Notes under the pieces: generated by a model
What the model was told of the DNA's origin: nothing
Database searches by the model: none
The model's input: the letters and a program-made list of their open reading frames with translations, nothing else
From: Alphaproteobacteria bacterium
GTDB taxonomy: Bacteria; Pseudomonadota; Alphaproteobacteria; RF32; CAG-239
NCBI GenBank assembly: GCA_048463395.1
Contig: DBFWPL010000023.1
Coordinates: forward strand, 20,583 to 84,582
Length of the DNA: 64,000 nt
Reading direction: 5' to 3'
In this document: one piece after another, positions 18,245-26,027 of the stretch
Position numbering within the stretch: position 1 is the stretch's first letter
How the letters are laid out: each line of letters opens with the position of its first letter
Program-made: the position numbers and the translations under genes

Positions 18245-18721
18245 CTATATTTTCATTTTCGGAAAACCGTCCGTCTGCCGCAGACACTCTCCCACGACCA
18301 TAACTGCGGAAACCGCCACATTAATCGAACGGGCATTTTCGTTCATCGGAATAATCAAGCGGGCATCTGCCGTATCATGAACTTCCTGCGGTACCCCGGC
18401 ACTTTCCCTCCCCATCAGAATAATGTCGTTTTCCTGAAATTCAAATTCCGTATACGGACGGGTAGCGTGCGTCGTCAACAAAACGATTCTCCCGTATTCT
18501 TCTGGATGTTCTTTTCGATATTGCAAAAAATCTTCCCAAGACTTATGACGACGATAAGAAACCAGATTCAAATAGTCCATTCCCGAACGTTTCAGAGTGT
18601 GTTCCGAAAAAATAAAACCGCAAGGTTCAATAATATCCAATTCCACATCCAGACACGCTCCCAAACGCAGCAGCGTTCCCGTATTTTGCGGAATATCCGG
18701 TTGAAACAAAGCTAACCTCAT
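18245..18721 (-). CDS. trmL: tRNA (cytidine/uridine-2'-O-)-methyltransferase TrmL (SpoU family)
   Basis: LALFQPDIPQNTGTLLRLGACL and ...LLMGRESAGVP...IPM..ARSINVAVS, SPOUT knot motifs. 158 aa. Confidence 0.88.
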   Translation of the reverse strand: MRLALFQPDIPQNTGTLLRLGACLDVELDIIEPCGFIFSEHTLKRSGMDYLNLVSYRRHKSWEDFLQYRKEHPEEYGRIVLLTTHATRPYTEFEFQENDIILMGRESAGVPQEVHDTADARLIIPMNENARSINVAVSAVMVVGECLRQTDGFPKMKI

Positions 18722-18734
18722 AAATCGCTCCTCA

Positions 18735-19847
18735 CTAAACGTTAAAGAGGAAGTTCAGAACATCGCCGTCTCTGACAACATATTCCTTACCCTCGGAACG
18801 CATCTTTCCGGCCTCTTTGCAAGCCTGTTCCCCGCCAAACTTAATAAAATCATCAAAAGCAATTGTCTCAGCACGAATAAAACCTCTTTCAAAATCAGAG
18901 TGAATAATACCGGCACACACCGGAGCCTTTGAACCTTTGAGGAAAGTCCAAGCCCGAACCTCTTTCGGACCACAGGTAAAATAAGTCTGCAACCCCAAAA
19001 GTTCATATCCGGCACGAATAATTTTTGCCAATCCGGTTTCTTCCAACCCGAGAGATTCTAAGAACTCTTTTTTCTCATCCTCGGATTCAAGCTGAGCTAC
19101 TTCTGATTCGATTTCCGCGGAAATAATAACCGCTTTGGCGTTTTCCGCCTGAGCCTTGGCAAAAACAGCCTCAGAGAACTTGTTTCCCGAAGCGGCTGAA
19201 TCTTCATCCACATTACAAACATACAACACCGGTTTGGAAGTCAGCAGCTGCAACATCTGATATTGCTTGTAAGCATCTTTCTCGGCTTTGTCGGGAGCCG
19301 CTGTGCGAGCCGGTTTTCCCTCTCTGAGGGCTTTGATAATCGGTTCCATGACCGAAACTCTTAGCTTAGCTTCTTTATCCCCGCCGGTCTGAGCTTTTTT
19401 AGCCAGTTGCTCATAACGTTTTTCCAATGATTCCAAATCGGCAATCATCAATTCCGTTTCAACAATTTCGGCATCCCGAAGAGGGTCAACAGAACCCTCG
19501 ACATGGGTAATATTGTCATCTTCAAAACACCGCAAAACATGAATAATCGCATCTACTTCACGAATATTAGCCAAGAACTGATTACCCAAACCTTCCCCTT
19601 TGGAAGCTCCCTTAACCAAACCGGCAATATCAACAAACTCAAGCTGAGTAGGCGTAACCATCCGCGGTTTAACCAAATCTTCCAATTGCTTCAAACGCGG
19701 ATCCGGCACGGCAACCCGACCGGTATTAGGTTCAATCGTGCAAAAAGGAAAATTGGCGGCTTGAGCGGCAATAGTCTGCGTCAAAGCGTTAAAAAGTGTA
19801 GATTTCCCGACGTTAGGCAAACCAACGATTCCACAATTAAAACCCAT
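18735..19847 (-). CDS. ychF: ribosome-binding ATPase YchF
   Basis: MGFNCGIVGLPNVGKSTLFNALT, the DIAGLVKGAS motif and a TGS-like C-terminus. 370 aa. Confidence 0.95.
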   Translation of the reverse strand: MGFNCGIVGLPNVGKSTLFNALTQTIAAQAANFPFCTIEPNTGRVAVPDPRLKQLEDLVKPRMVTPTQLEFVDIAGLVKGASKGEGLGNQFLANIREVDAIIHVLRCFEDDNITHVEGSVDPLRDAEIVETELMIADLESLEKRYEQLAKKAQTGGDKEAKLRVSVMEPIIKALREGKPARTAAPDKAEKDAYKQYQMLQLLTSKPVLYVCNVDEDSAASGNKFSEAVFAKAQAENAKAVIISAEIESEVAQLESEDEKKEFLESLGLEETGLAKIIRAGYELLGLQTYFTCGPKEVRAWTFLKGSKAPVCAGIIHSDFERGFIRAETIAFDDFIKFGGEQACKEAGKMRSEGKEYVVRDGDVLNFLFNV

Positions 19848-19960
19848 ATCAAAAAACTCCGATAAAATATTCCGACAAACAAACAGAGGCTCAACGCCCC
19901 TGTCCTGACAATATTCATTCTTATACCCAATCCCCTCTGATTTTTCAAGGAGATTTTTCC

Positions 19961-20809
19961 CTATGCTATTCGAACGGCTCTAATCATTCCCAACTCATTA
20001 AACTTCACATGGTTGCAAAAAACAACAAAACCGTTTTCTTTAAGGATAGATACTAAATAAGAAGGATCTTCAAAATGCCATTCCATAATAATGACACTCA
20101 CTTTTTTCAACAAACCAGAAGAATTCAAATCCGGAATAATTTCTTTTTCCGCACCTTCACAGTCTATTTTCATAAAAATCTTTTCTTTATGCTGTTCAAA
20201 TAACGGACTTAATACATCGGAAGCTTTTCTTATTTCTATTTTTTCAACATCAGAACAATCTTCAAACACATTTTTTACCGAACTCATCGCTCCCGGACGT
20301 TCGGCATTATAATTAATTTCCAACGTTTTATCCTGATTTCCCAAACCGAAATTAAAAATCGAAATTTTTTCTGACAAAGAAGAATTATGTTTCAAATTTT
20401 TCACCGCCAAATCAAACGTTGGCTTAAACGGCTCAAACGCATATATTTTCTTAATATTATCATCTTCGGCTTTATAAAGAGAAGTCATTGCGATGTTCAA
20501 TCCGATATCAAACATTACATATTTATCTTGGCTTTGCAAAAAATATTCGTCCTTATAAAGAACTTCATTTGCCGTAATCAATGTATTAAAAGAAGAGCCT
20601 TCAATATGCAAACGCCCCTTATCAACACAATACCACCCGTTTTCCTTTGTCAAAGAAATTCCGGCTTCTGCAAAAACAGATTTTAACCCGTTATCCCACG
20701 AAGGTTCTTTGGGAACATCAATATGTTTTTTCTTAACCTTATATTTCAGCTTAATTCCTAAAAAAGAAACTTCACGTTTATTTCCGTAACGTTTTTTATA
20801 AAATAACAT
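19961..20809 (-). CDS. FkbM-family SAM-dependent methyltransferase
   Basis: VMFDIGLNIAMTSLY (SAM-binding-like) and ..CEGAEKEI.. as in FkbM. I prefer ATG 20809 because GAGGGGG lies 5 nt upstream. The ORF track starts at 20833. Confidence 0.7.
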   Translation of the reverse strand: MLFYKKRYGNKREVSFLGIKLKYKVKKKHIDVPKEPSWDNGLKSVFAEAGISLTKENGWYCVDKGRLHIEGSSFNTLITANEVLYKDEYFLQSQDKYVMFDIGLNIAMTSLYKAEDDNIKKIYAFEPFKPTFDLAVKNLKHNSSLSEKISIFNFGLGNQDKTLEINYNAERPGAMSSVKNVFEDCSDVEKIEIRKASDVLSPLFEQHKEKIFMKIDCEGAEKEIIPDLNSSGLLKKVSVIIMEWHFEDPSYLVSILKENGFVVFCNHVKFNELGMIRAVRIA

Positions 20810-20883
20810 AAAAACCCCCTCATTTTTATACAAAAATAATCCAAGGGGGTATGATTTGTCAAATATTTAAAGTTTATTTATAT

Positions 20884-21942
20884 CTAATCCTGAATTTCCT
20901 CTTCCTTAATAAAAGAATTGGTTTTCAGCATTAAATTATATTGCAAACAACGACCACAAGGAACATCATCTCTTTTTGCAGCTGCATTTGCAATCATTCT
21001 CTTGCAATATACATATTTTTCAGAATTCAAAGCATTAAACAAACCATCTTTAAACACATTAACTCCAAAATCATCCTTATACAACTTGCAACACCCTAAT
21101 AATTTTCCATCCCAATTAATCGTTGGACGAGACCATAATTCTAAACAGCTGTTTCGTGTATATTCCTGCTTTTCTTTTTCCAAAAACTCTGAACGGGATG
21201 TATACTTCAATCCGGCAGCTTCTTTCACGAAACTCTCATCTTCAATAGGAGAAAAACTTTCATCCCAATTTAATTTAAAGTAAATCTCCACATCTAAACT
21301 CTGAGCAAGTTTTTTAGCGTTCGGAATTTCTTTTTCATTATGCCCAAAAACAATATACTGCCACATTAATTCCGGATAGCTACTACCATATTTCTTTTTG
21401 AACTCATTTAATTTTTTGATATTGCTGATAACCGTATCAAAATTTCCGTTAACTCTGTATTTTTCATAAGTTTCCTGACTAGCTCCATCAATCGAAAAAG
21501 TAATTTTTTTAAATTGATACTTAACAAGAAGTTCTATCATTTCATCTGAAACAGTATTAAAATTAACACCATTCCACGCTGTTAGGCTTATATTTTTTTC
21601 ATAAGCATATTTAATAATTTTATCCAGCTCCGGATTAAGAAAAATTTCTCCACTGTTTGATAGTTCTATTTCTTCAATTTGTTTATTATCATCAACAAAT
21701 TTTTTAAAATCCGAAAACTTCAGATAACCTAAACCAACAGTAGGTTTATCATTTCTCATATAACAGGACTTGCATTTTAACTGACATAGGGTACAGGCAT
21801 CTAAACGTACTTTTTTAGGAAGCAAAAATTTATACTTATATTTCCCCAACAGATTATTTTTTAATTTAAAAGAAACCTTCACACCCAGAACTTTATATTT
21901 TATCTTTCCGGCAACATATTTTTTATCAAACAGAAACCCCAT
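20884..21942 (-). CDS. radical SAM enzyme with C-terminal twitch/SPASM-like Cys domain
   Basis: CQLKCKSC matches CxxxCxxC. The C-terminal CLELWSRPTINWDGKLLGCC fits Cx12Gx4C, followed by CGRC. I prefer ATG 21942, which has an AAGGAGA SD. The ORF track starts at 21981. Confidence 0.75.
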   Translation of the reverse strand: MGFLFDKKYVAGKIKYKVLGVKVSFKLKNNLLGKYKYKFLLPKKVRLDACTLCQLKCKSCYMRNDKPTVGLGYLKFSDFKKFVDDNKQIEEIELSNSGEIFLNPELDKIIKYAYEKNISLTAWNGVNFNTVSDEMIELLVKYQFKKITFSIDGASQETYEKYRVNGNFDTVISNIKKLNEFKKKYGSSYPELMWQYIVFGHNEKEIPNAKKLAQSLDVEIYFKLNWDESFSPIEDESFVKEAAGLKYTSRSEFLEKEKQEYTRNSCLELWSRPTINWDGKLLGCCKLYKDDFGVNVFKDGLFNALNSEKYVYCKRMIANAAAKRDDVPCGRCLQYNLMLKTNSFIKEEEIQD

Positions 21943-22003
21943 GGGAACTCTCCTTAAACAGAACAGATTCCTGTCTAACATTACCCATAGAAAAAGTCAA
22001 AAT

Positions 22004-22951
22004 TTATTTGAACGGCGTATGACTTACTTTAATTTTGAAACCGAAAATATTAAAAACATACCGCTTATCCAAAGCTTTCTCAGAAGAAAACCAGAAACAC
22101 ATTTTTTGAAACAAAGTCAAACTTTTCCTCGGCAATTTATATCCCAATTTCCGATTATGACGAAGCTTTTCGTAATAGATATTCCATTCATCAAATTTTG
22201 GAGCCAAAAGAGTATCCCAAGGTTTTCCTTTGTTCGTCAAATGCAAAATACATGGTTTTTTCAAAATACGAGACAGCTCCTTGAGAGAACAGCCAAAATA
22301 AGAAGCTGTTTCATCCGGAGAAAACGTAAGATTACCATACATCAGATTATAATCAGGACTTACATATAAAACTTTTTCATTAAAAACAAAATTAAAAGCA
22401 TCTTGGTCCATAAAACTCTTCCAAACTTCATGCTTTTTGTATTCCAAAAGCTTCTCCGGAATATTATCTTCCCTTAGTTTTTTTAAGTTAAGCAACATCA
22501 TCCCTGAATTAAAATAACTCTGATGCTTCATTTTGGCATGATGTCCATCCTTCTCCCCGGCCATATCTTTAACCACCGCGGCATAATTCTCCGATAAATC
22601 CGTCTGATACAATTCTTTCAAAGAGCGGTTTACCACCATATCAGAATCCATATATAAAATCTTATCAAAATCTTTGAAAACTTCTGCCAAATCAAACTTA
22701 AACAACGCCGCCTTGGAAACATACAAATGCTTAACATTCAAAGACTGATACTTATCTGGCAGACTCATAAAGGAAATTTTGATATTCTTCGTGCTTAAAC
22801 GGGAAAAAACGTCTTCATCAACATCAATTCCCAAAACAAAAATCTCATACGGATTCTTTTTATCATTACAGATAATGGACTGAATCGCCGTTTGTGTCGG
22901 CATGATATACTTGGTATCGCAAATAAAAACTATCCTTACTATCTCAGGCAT
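22004..22951 (-). CDS. glycosyltransferase family 8 (LPS/LOS hexosyltransferase-like)
   Basis: VFICDTKYIMPTQTAIQSI, the DxD motif in LYMDSDMVV, and NSGMMLLNL. The start overlaps the upstream gene by 8 nt. Confidence 0.8.
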   Translation of the reverse strand: MPEIVRIVFICDTKYIMPTQTAIQSIICNDKKNPYEIFVLGIDVDEDVFSRLSTKNIKISFMSLPDKYQSLNVKHLYVSKAALFKFDLAEVFKDFDKILYMDSDMVVNRSLKELYQTDLSENYAAVVKDMAGEKDGHHAKMKHQSYFNSGMMLLNLKKLREDNIPEKLLEYKKHEVWKSFMDQDAFNFVFNEKVLYVSPDYNLMYGNLTFSPDETASYFGCSLKELSRILKKPCILHLTNKGKPWDTLLAPKFDEWNIYYEKLRHNRKLGYKLPRKSLTLFQKMCFWFSSEKALDKRYVFNIFGFKIKVSHTPFK

Positions 22952-24278
22952 GATTCAATTCCTCTATAATTAAATCCGCAGTTTTCTTCCAAGAGAACTC
23001 TTTTGCCCGCAGCAAGCCCCTTTGGGCGGATTTTTTTCTAAAATTTTCATCCTCATACATTTGTTTCAAAGCGTTCAGAAAAGCTTCATCATCTCTTGGA
23101 TTAAACATAATTCCGGCATCGCCGATAACTTCCGGCATGGAAGAGGTTTCCGAACAAATAACCGGACACCCGCACTGCATGGCTTCTAAAACCGGCATTC
23201 CGAACCCCTCATATAAACTTGGATAAATAAAAAACTCCGCCCCGCTGAATAACGGAGCTAGATCTTCATCATCAACATACCCCGCTCTTACGATAAATTT
23301 TTTATACTCCTCAAAATTTCCGATTTCATCTTCCAAAGACTTGATAAAGCTGTCCCAATGACCGCCACCCAACACTAAATATAAATTCTCAAGATTGTTT
23401 TCCCGAACAAAACGAATAAAGTTCTTAACGGCAAAAATCAGATTTTTCCGAGGTTCCAAGGTACATAAACTGAAAATATAGTTTACGCCTTCGGGAATAT
23501 TATATTTCTTCCTTACGAAAGACTTGACCGCCTCATCCTGACAACAATAAAAATTATCCGACGCCGCCAGAGGCACAACATGAATATTATTTTTATCAAT
23601 TTGCGGGAAAAGCCTCACAAAATCATTTTTTGTACTTTGCGAATTGGCAAAATAAATATCTTTTTTATTTAAAGAATCCAACAAAGCCTGATACCAATAT
23701 CCGCCTTTTTTCATTTCCGGATAAAAATCAGGAAATAAAACCGGTATCGCGTCATGCAGAAAAACAAACTTTTTAATATTCGGAAAAGAAGCTATTTCTT
23801 TAGGCACCGCCTCCATCGGAGAAAAATAAAAATCTACCGACTTTAAGAATTTCTCTTTCCGCCGATTGGATGATGATAAAAACTCTGCCAAAAGCAGTCT
23901 GAATTTAACATAAAGCTTTCTTCTCAACCCCAGTTTGTGCCTCTTACACTCCGATTTTTGAAACAGCCAATAAGCCTGAGCTAAATCCCTTTTGCTGAAC
24001 ATCGGAGCAATCTGGAGCTTCTCCCTCAGACATTCATCATTGCCAATAATGCCGTTCAGACACTCAACATTTCTCAGATTCGAATATAAATAAACATCAA
24101 ATTTCCCGGAATTGACCAAACCCGCCAAAATATTATAAGAAGCAAAAAAAATACCGCTGCGGCCGGCATTTTTATAAACCGCATTGGCAATTACCGTCGC
24201 ATCAAACAAAAGCTTTTTTTTCATAATAAACCAAACCCGCAACTTGAACCATAAAAACAAGTTACGGGTTTTTAGCAT
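22944..24278 (-). CDS. glycosyltransferase family 4 (GT-B, group 1)
   Basis: The EGFGMPVLEAMQCGCPVICSETSSMPEVIGDAG EX7E region. An alternative start at ATG 24224 (MKKKLLFDATV) is the more family-typical N-terminus. Confidence 0.8.
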   Translation of the reverse strand: MLKTRNLFLWFKLRVWFIMKKKLLFDATVIANAVYKNAGRSGIFFASYNILAGLVNSGKFDVYLYSNLRNVECLNGIIGNDECLREKLQIAPMFSKRDLAQAYWLFQKSECKRHKLGLRRKLYVKFRLLLAEFLSSSNRRKEKFLKSVDFYFSPMEAVPKEIASFPNIKKFVFLHDAIPVLFPDFYPEMKKGGYWYQALLDSLNKKDIYFANSQSTKNDFVRLFPQIDKNNIHVVPLAASDNFYCCQDEAVKSFVRKKYNIPEGVNYIFSLCTLEPRKNLIFAVKNFIRFVRENNLENLYLVLGGGHWDSFIKSLEDEIGNFEEYKKFIVRAGYVDDEDLAPLFSGAEFFIYPSLYEGFGMPVLEAMQCGCPVICSETSSMPEVIGDAGIMFNPRDDEAFLNALKQMYEDENFRKKSAQRGLLRAKEFSWKKTADLIIEELNHA

Positions 24279-24312
24279 TTTGTCAATCTTTAATGCCGGT
24301 TAAAAATTAAAT

Positions 24313-24897
24313 CTATTTTTTAGGATTCGGTTTCAGCAGCATACCCAACTTATTGGAATATTCGGCAACCCCTTTTTTAATCAAAATTCCGATTGTTTTG
24401 ACAACTGTTTCAATATTCTTATGCAGCGTTTCGGCATCTGTTTTTGAAAATCCGGAAAGCACATGATTAACCACCGCATCCCCGTTGCCTCGCGGAGAAC
24501 CGACCCCTATCCGGATTCGGTTATAATTCGGCGTAATACAGGCATCAATGCTTTTAAGTCCATTGTGCCCGCCGGTACCGCCGCCCAACTTGGATTTTAC
24601 CTGCTCGATAGATAAATCTATGTCATCATGAATCACGATAATATTTTGCGGCAGAATTTTATAAAAATTAGCAGCCTTTACCACGGAATTTCCCGATAAA
24701 TTCATATATGTTTGCGGTTTTAATAAAAAAACTTTCTCGCCCTCAATGTTTCCTTCGCTGATAAGCCCGTCAAACTTTGATTTAAATGGCCCAAAACGAT
24801 AATGTTCCGCAAGGGCATCCACAGCCATAAATCCGGTATTATGACGGGTATTGGCATATTCCGCACCGGGATTTCCCAACCCGACAATTAAAAACAT
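24313..24897 (-). CDS. pth: peptidyl-tRNA hydrolase
   Basis: MFLIVGLGNPGAEYANTRHNTGF. GGAGAG SD precedes ATG 24897. The ORF track starts 4 codons earlier. Confidence 0.93.
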   Translation of the reverse strand: MFLIVGLGNPGAEYANTRHNTGFMAVDALAEHYRFGPFKSKFDGLISEGNIEGEKVFLLKPQTYMNLSGNSVVKAANFYKILPQNIIVIHDDIDLSIEQVKSKLGGGTGGHNGLKSIDACITPNYNRIRIGVGSPRGNGDAVVNHVLSGFSKTDAETLHKNIETVVKTIGILIKKGVAEYSNKLGMLLKPNPKK

Positions 24898-24986
24898 TTT
24901 GCTCTCCACTCATAAAAAAGCCGCCAAACAAGTACCGAAGCACCCATAAAAGCGGCTTGTTCTTAATCCGTAAACGGATACACCGA

Positions 24987-25277
24987 TTATCTTCTTAAGA
25001 AGTCAACATGCAAAGGTTTGTCAGATACTGGGTGAAATTGAACATCCTGGCAAACAACTTTATGTTTTTTACCGTCGACATTAACTTCAATATCAGCATC
25101 ATAGAAGCCATACATATCCAAAGCTTTTTCCAATTGAACCGGATCAAGGCTGATTAAAAGGGCTTCTTTGTTCCCGCCGTAAATAACTGCCGGAATACGG
25201 CCTTCACGACGACACGCACGAGCTGCCCCCTTACCTGCTTTCTCACGCAACTTTGCATCAAAAGTAATATCTGTCAT
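24987..25277 (-). CDS. rplY: 50S ribosomal protein L25, short (N-terminal domain only) form
   Basis: 96 aa, GKGAARACRREGRIPAVIYGG....HVDFLRR. It ends at the L25/Ctc domain boundary. Confidence 0.85.
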   Translation of the reverse strand: MTDITFDAKLREKAGKGAARACRREGRIPAVIYGGNKEALLISLDPVQLEKALDMYGFYDADIEVNVDGKKHKVVCQDVQFHPVSDKPLHVDFLRR

Positions 25278-25529
25278 TTTTTATTCCTTATTATTTGTCA
25301 TTTTACCCTTGCCGGCCTCCAGGGGTGCCGGCAAGTTCTTTGTTATTACACCTTTATTTTAAATCTTTCAAGTAGTTTTTCACAAACAGAAAGAGGCTGC
25401 TTTTTAAGAAACAACCCCTTCCTCTGTCCTCAAGACAGTCCGCAGAATTAAATAACTTCTCAGGATTATTCAATTTTGCTAATATAAGTTATATTAGAGT
25501 TTCCGTAAAAACTCTACTAAAAAATGCAA

Positions 25530-25569
25530 TTAAATAAAAGAAAAGGTATTGTTTTTCTTAAACAACACC
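25530..25569 (-). terminator. intrinsic terminator after the 97-aa membrane ORF
   Basis: Minus-strand RNA GGUGUUGUUU-AAGAA-AAACAAUACC forms 10 bp with one G-U pair. It is followed by UUUUCUUUUAUUU. Confidence 0.65.
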
Positions 25570-25591
25570 TCTCCTTATCCACATTCAAAGA

Positions 25592-25885
25592 TTAAACCAG
25601 CTCCAGAATATAGGTTTCCTTAAAATCAAGTATTTGAACTTCGACTTTATCTCCTTGCTTTAGAACATCTTCCGAAACGTCCAATATTCCGCAGAGCCAG
25701 ACACCATCCCGAAAAAACTCACAGTACCAATGACCGTTTTCATAACGAGTAATCTCTCCGAGATATACTTTTTTTGATTCTTGCAACGGTTCTTCCTTCT
25801 GGAAATGGTTGTCCAGCCATTGAACAGCCCAAAGTCCCAGAATCAAAACCAACAGCAGACACATCCACAGTCCTTTTTCTGTCAT
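25592..25885 (-). CDS. small membrane-anchored hypothetical protein
   Basis: 97 aa with one N-terminal TM helix (LWMCLLLVLILGLWAVQW) and its own terminator. No family recognised. Confidence 0.5.
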   Translation of the reverse strand: MTEKGLWMCLLLVLILGLWAVQWLDNHFQKEEPLQESKKVYLGEITRYENGHWYCEFFRDGVWLCGILDVSEDVLKQGDKVEVQILDFKETYILELV

Positions 25886-25978
25886 GTTTTATGTTTTTTA
25901 TTTAATATATACAGAAACTTAAAATATCTGTTCTAAATGTAGATAAAATCTCTTTTTTTGTCAAATATAATAACAGAA

Positions 25979-26002
25979 ACCGCCGAATAAAAATCCGGCG
26001 GC
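25979..26002 (-). terminator. probable terminator after pnp
   Basis: Imperfect GC stem ccgccg / cggcgg. It is followed on the minus strand by ttctgttatt. Confidence 0.45.
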
Positions 26003-26027
26003 TCCTCCATAAAACAAGCAATCGCTG

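Noticed and set aside
24213-24224. An A8/T8 homopolymer immediately after the candidate ATG of the GT4 glycosyltransferase, considered as a phase-variation tract.
   Set aside because: The tract is short for slipped-strand switching and encodes ordinary Lys codons in an AT-rich genome. An in-frame upstream ATG also exists. There is no evidence without population sequence data.
19848-24312. The glycan cluster considered as a mobile genomic island.
   Set aside because: No integrase, transposase, flanking direct or inverted repeats, or tRNA attachment site is visible. It is therefore described only as an insertion relative to conserved synteny.
25278-25591. A 314-bp ORF-free region examined for a tRNA, tmRNA or other known RNA gene. 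The intergenic regions 17338-17552, 18063-18244, 19848-19960 and 58396-58608 were examined the same way.
   Set aside because: I found no cloverleaf, no T-loop GTTCRANYC-type box and no recognisable conserved RNA motif. Only generic hairpins are present, and those are reported as terminators or as a possible leader.
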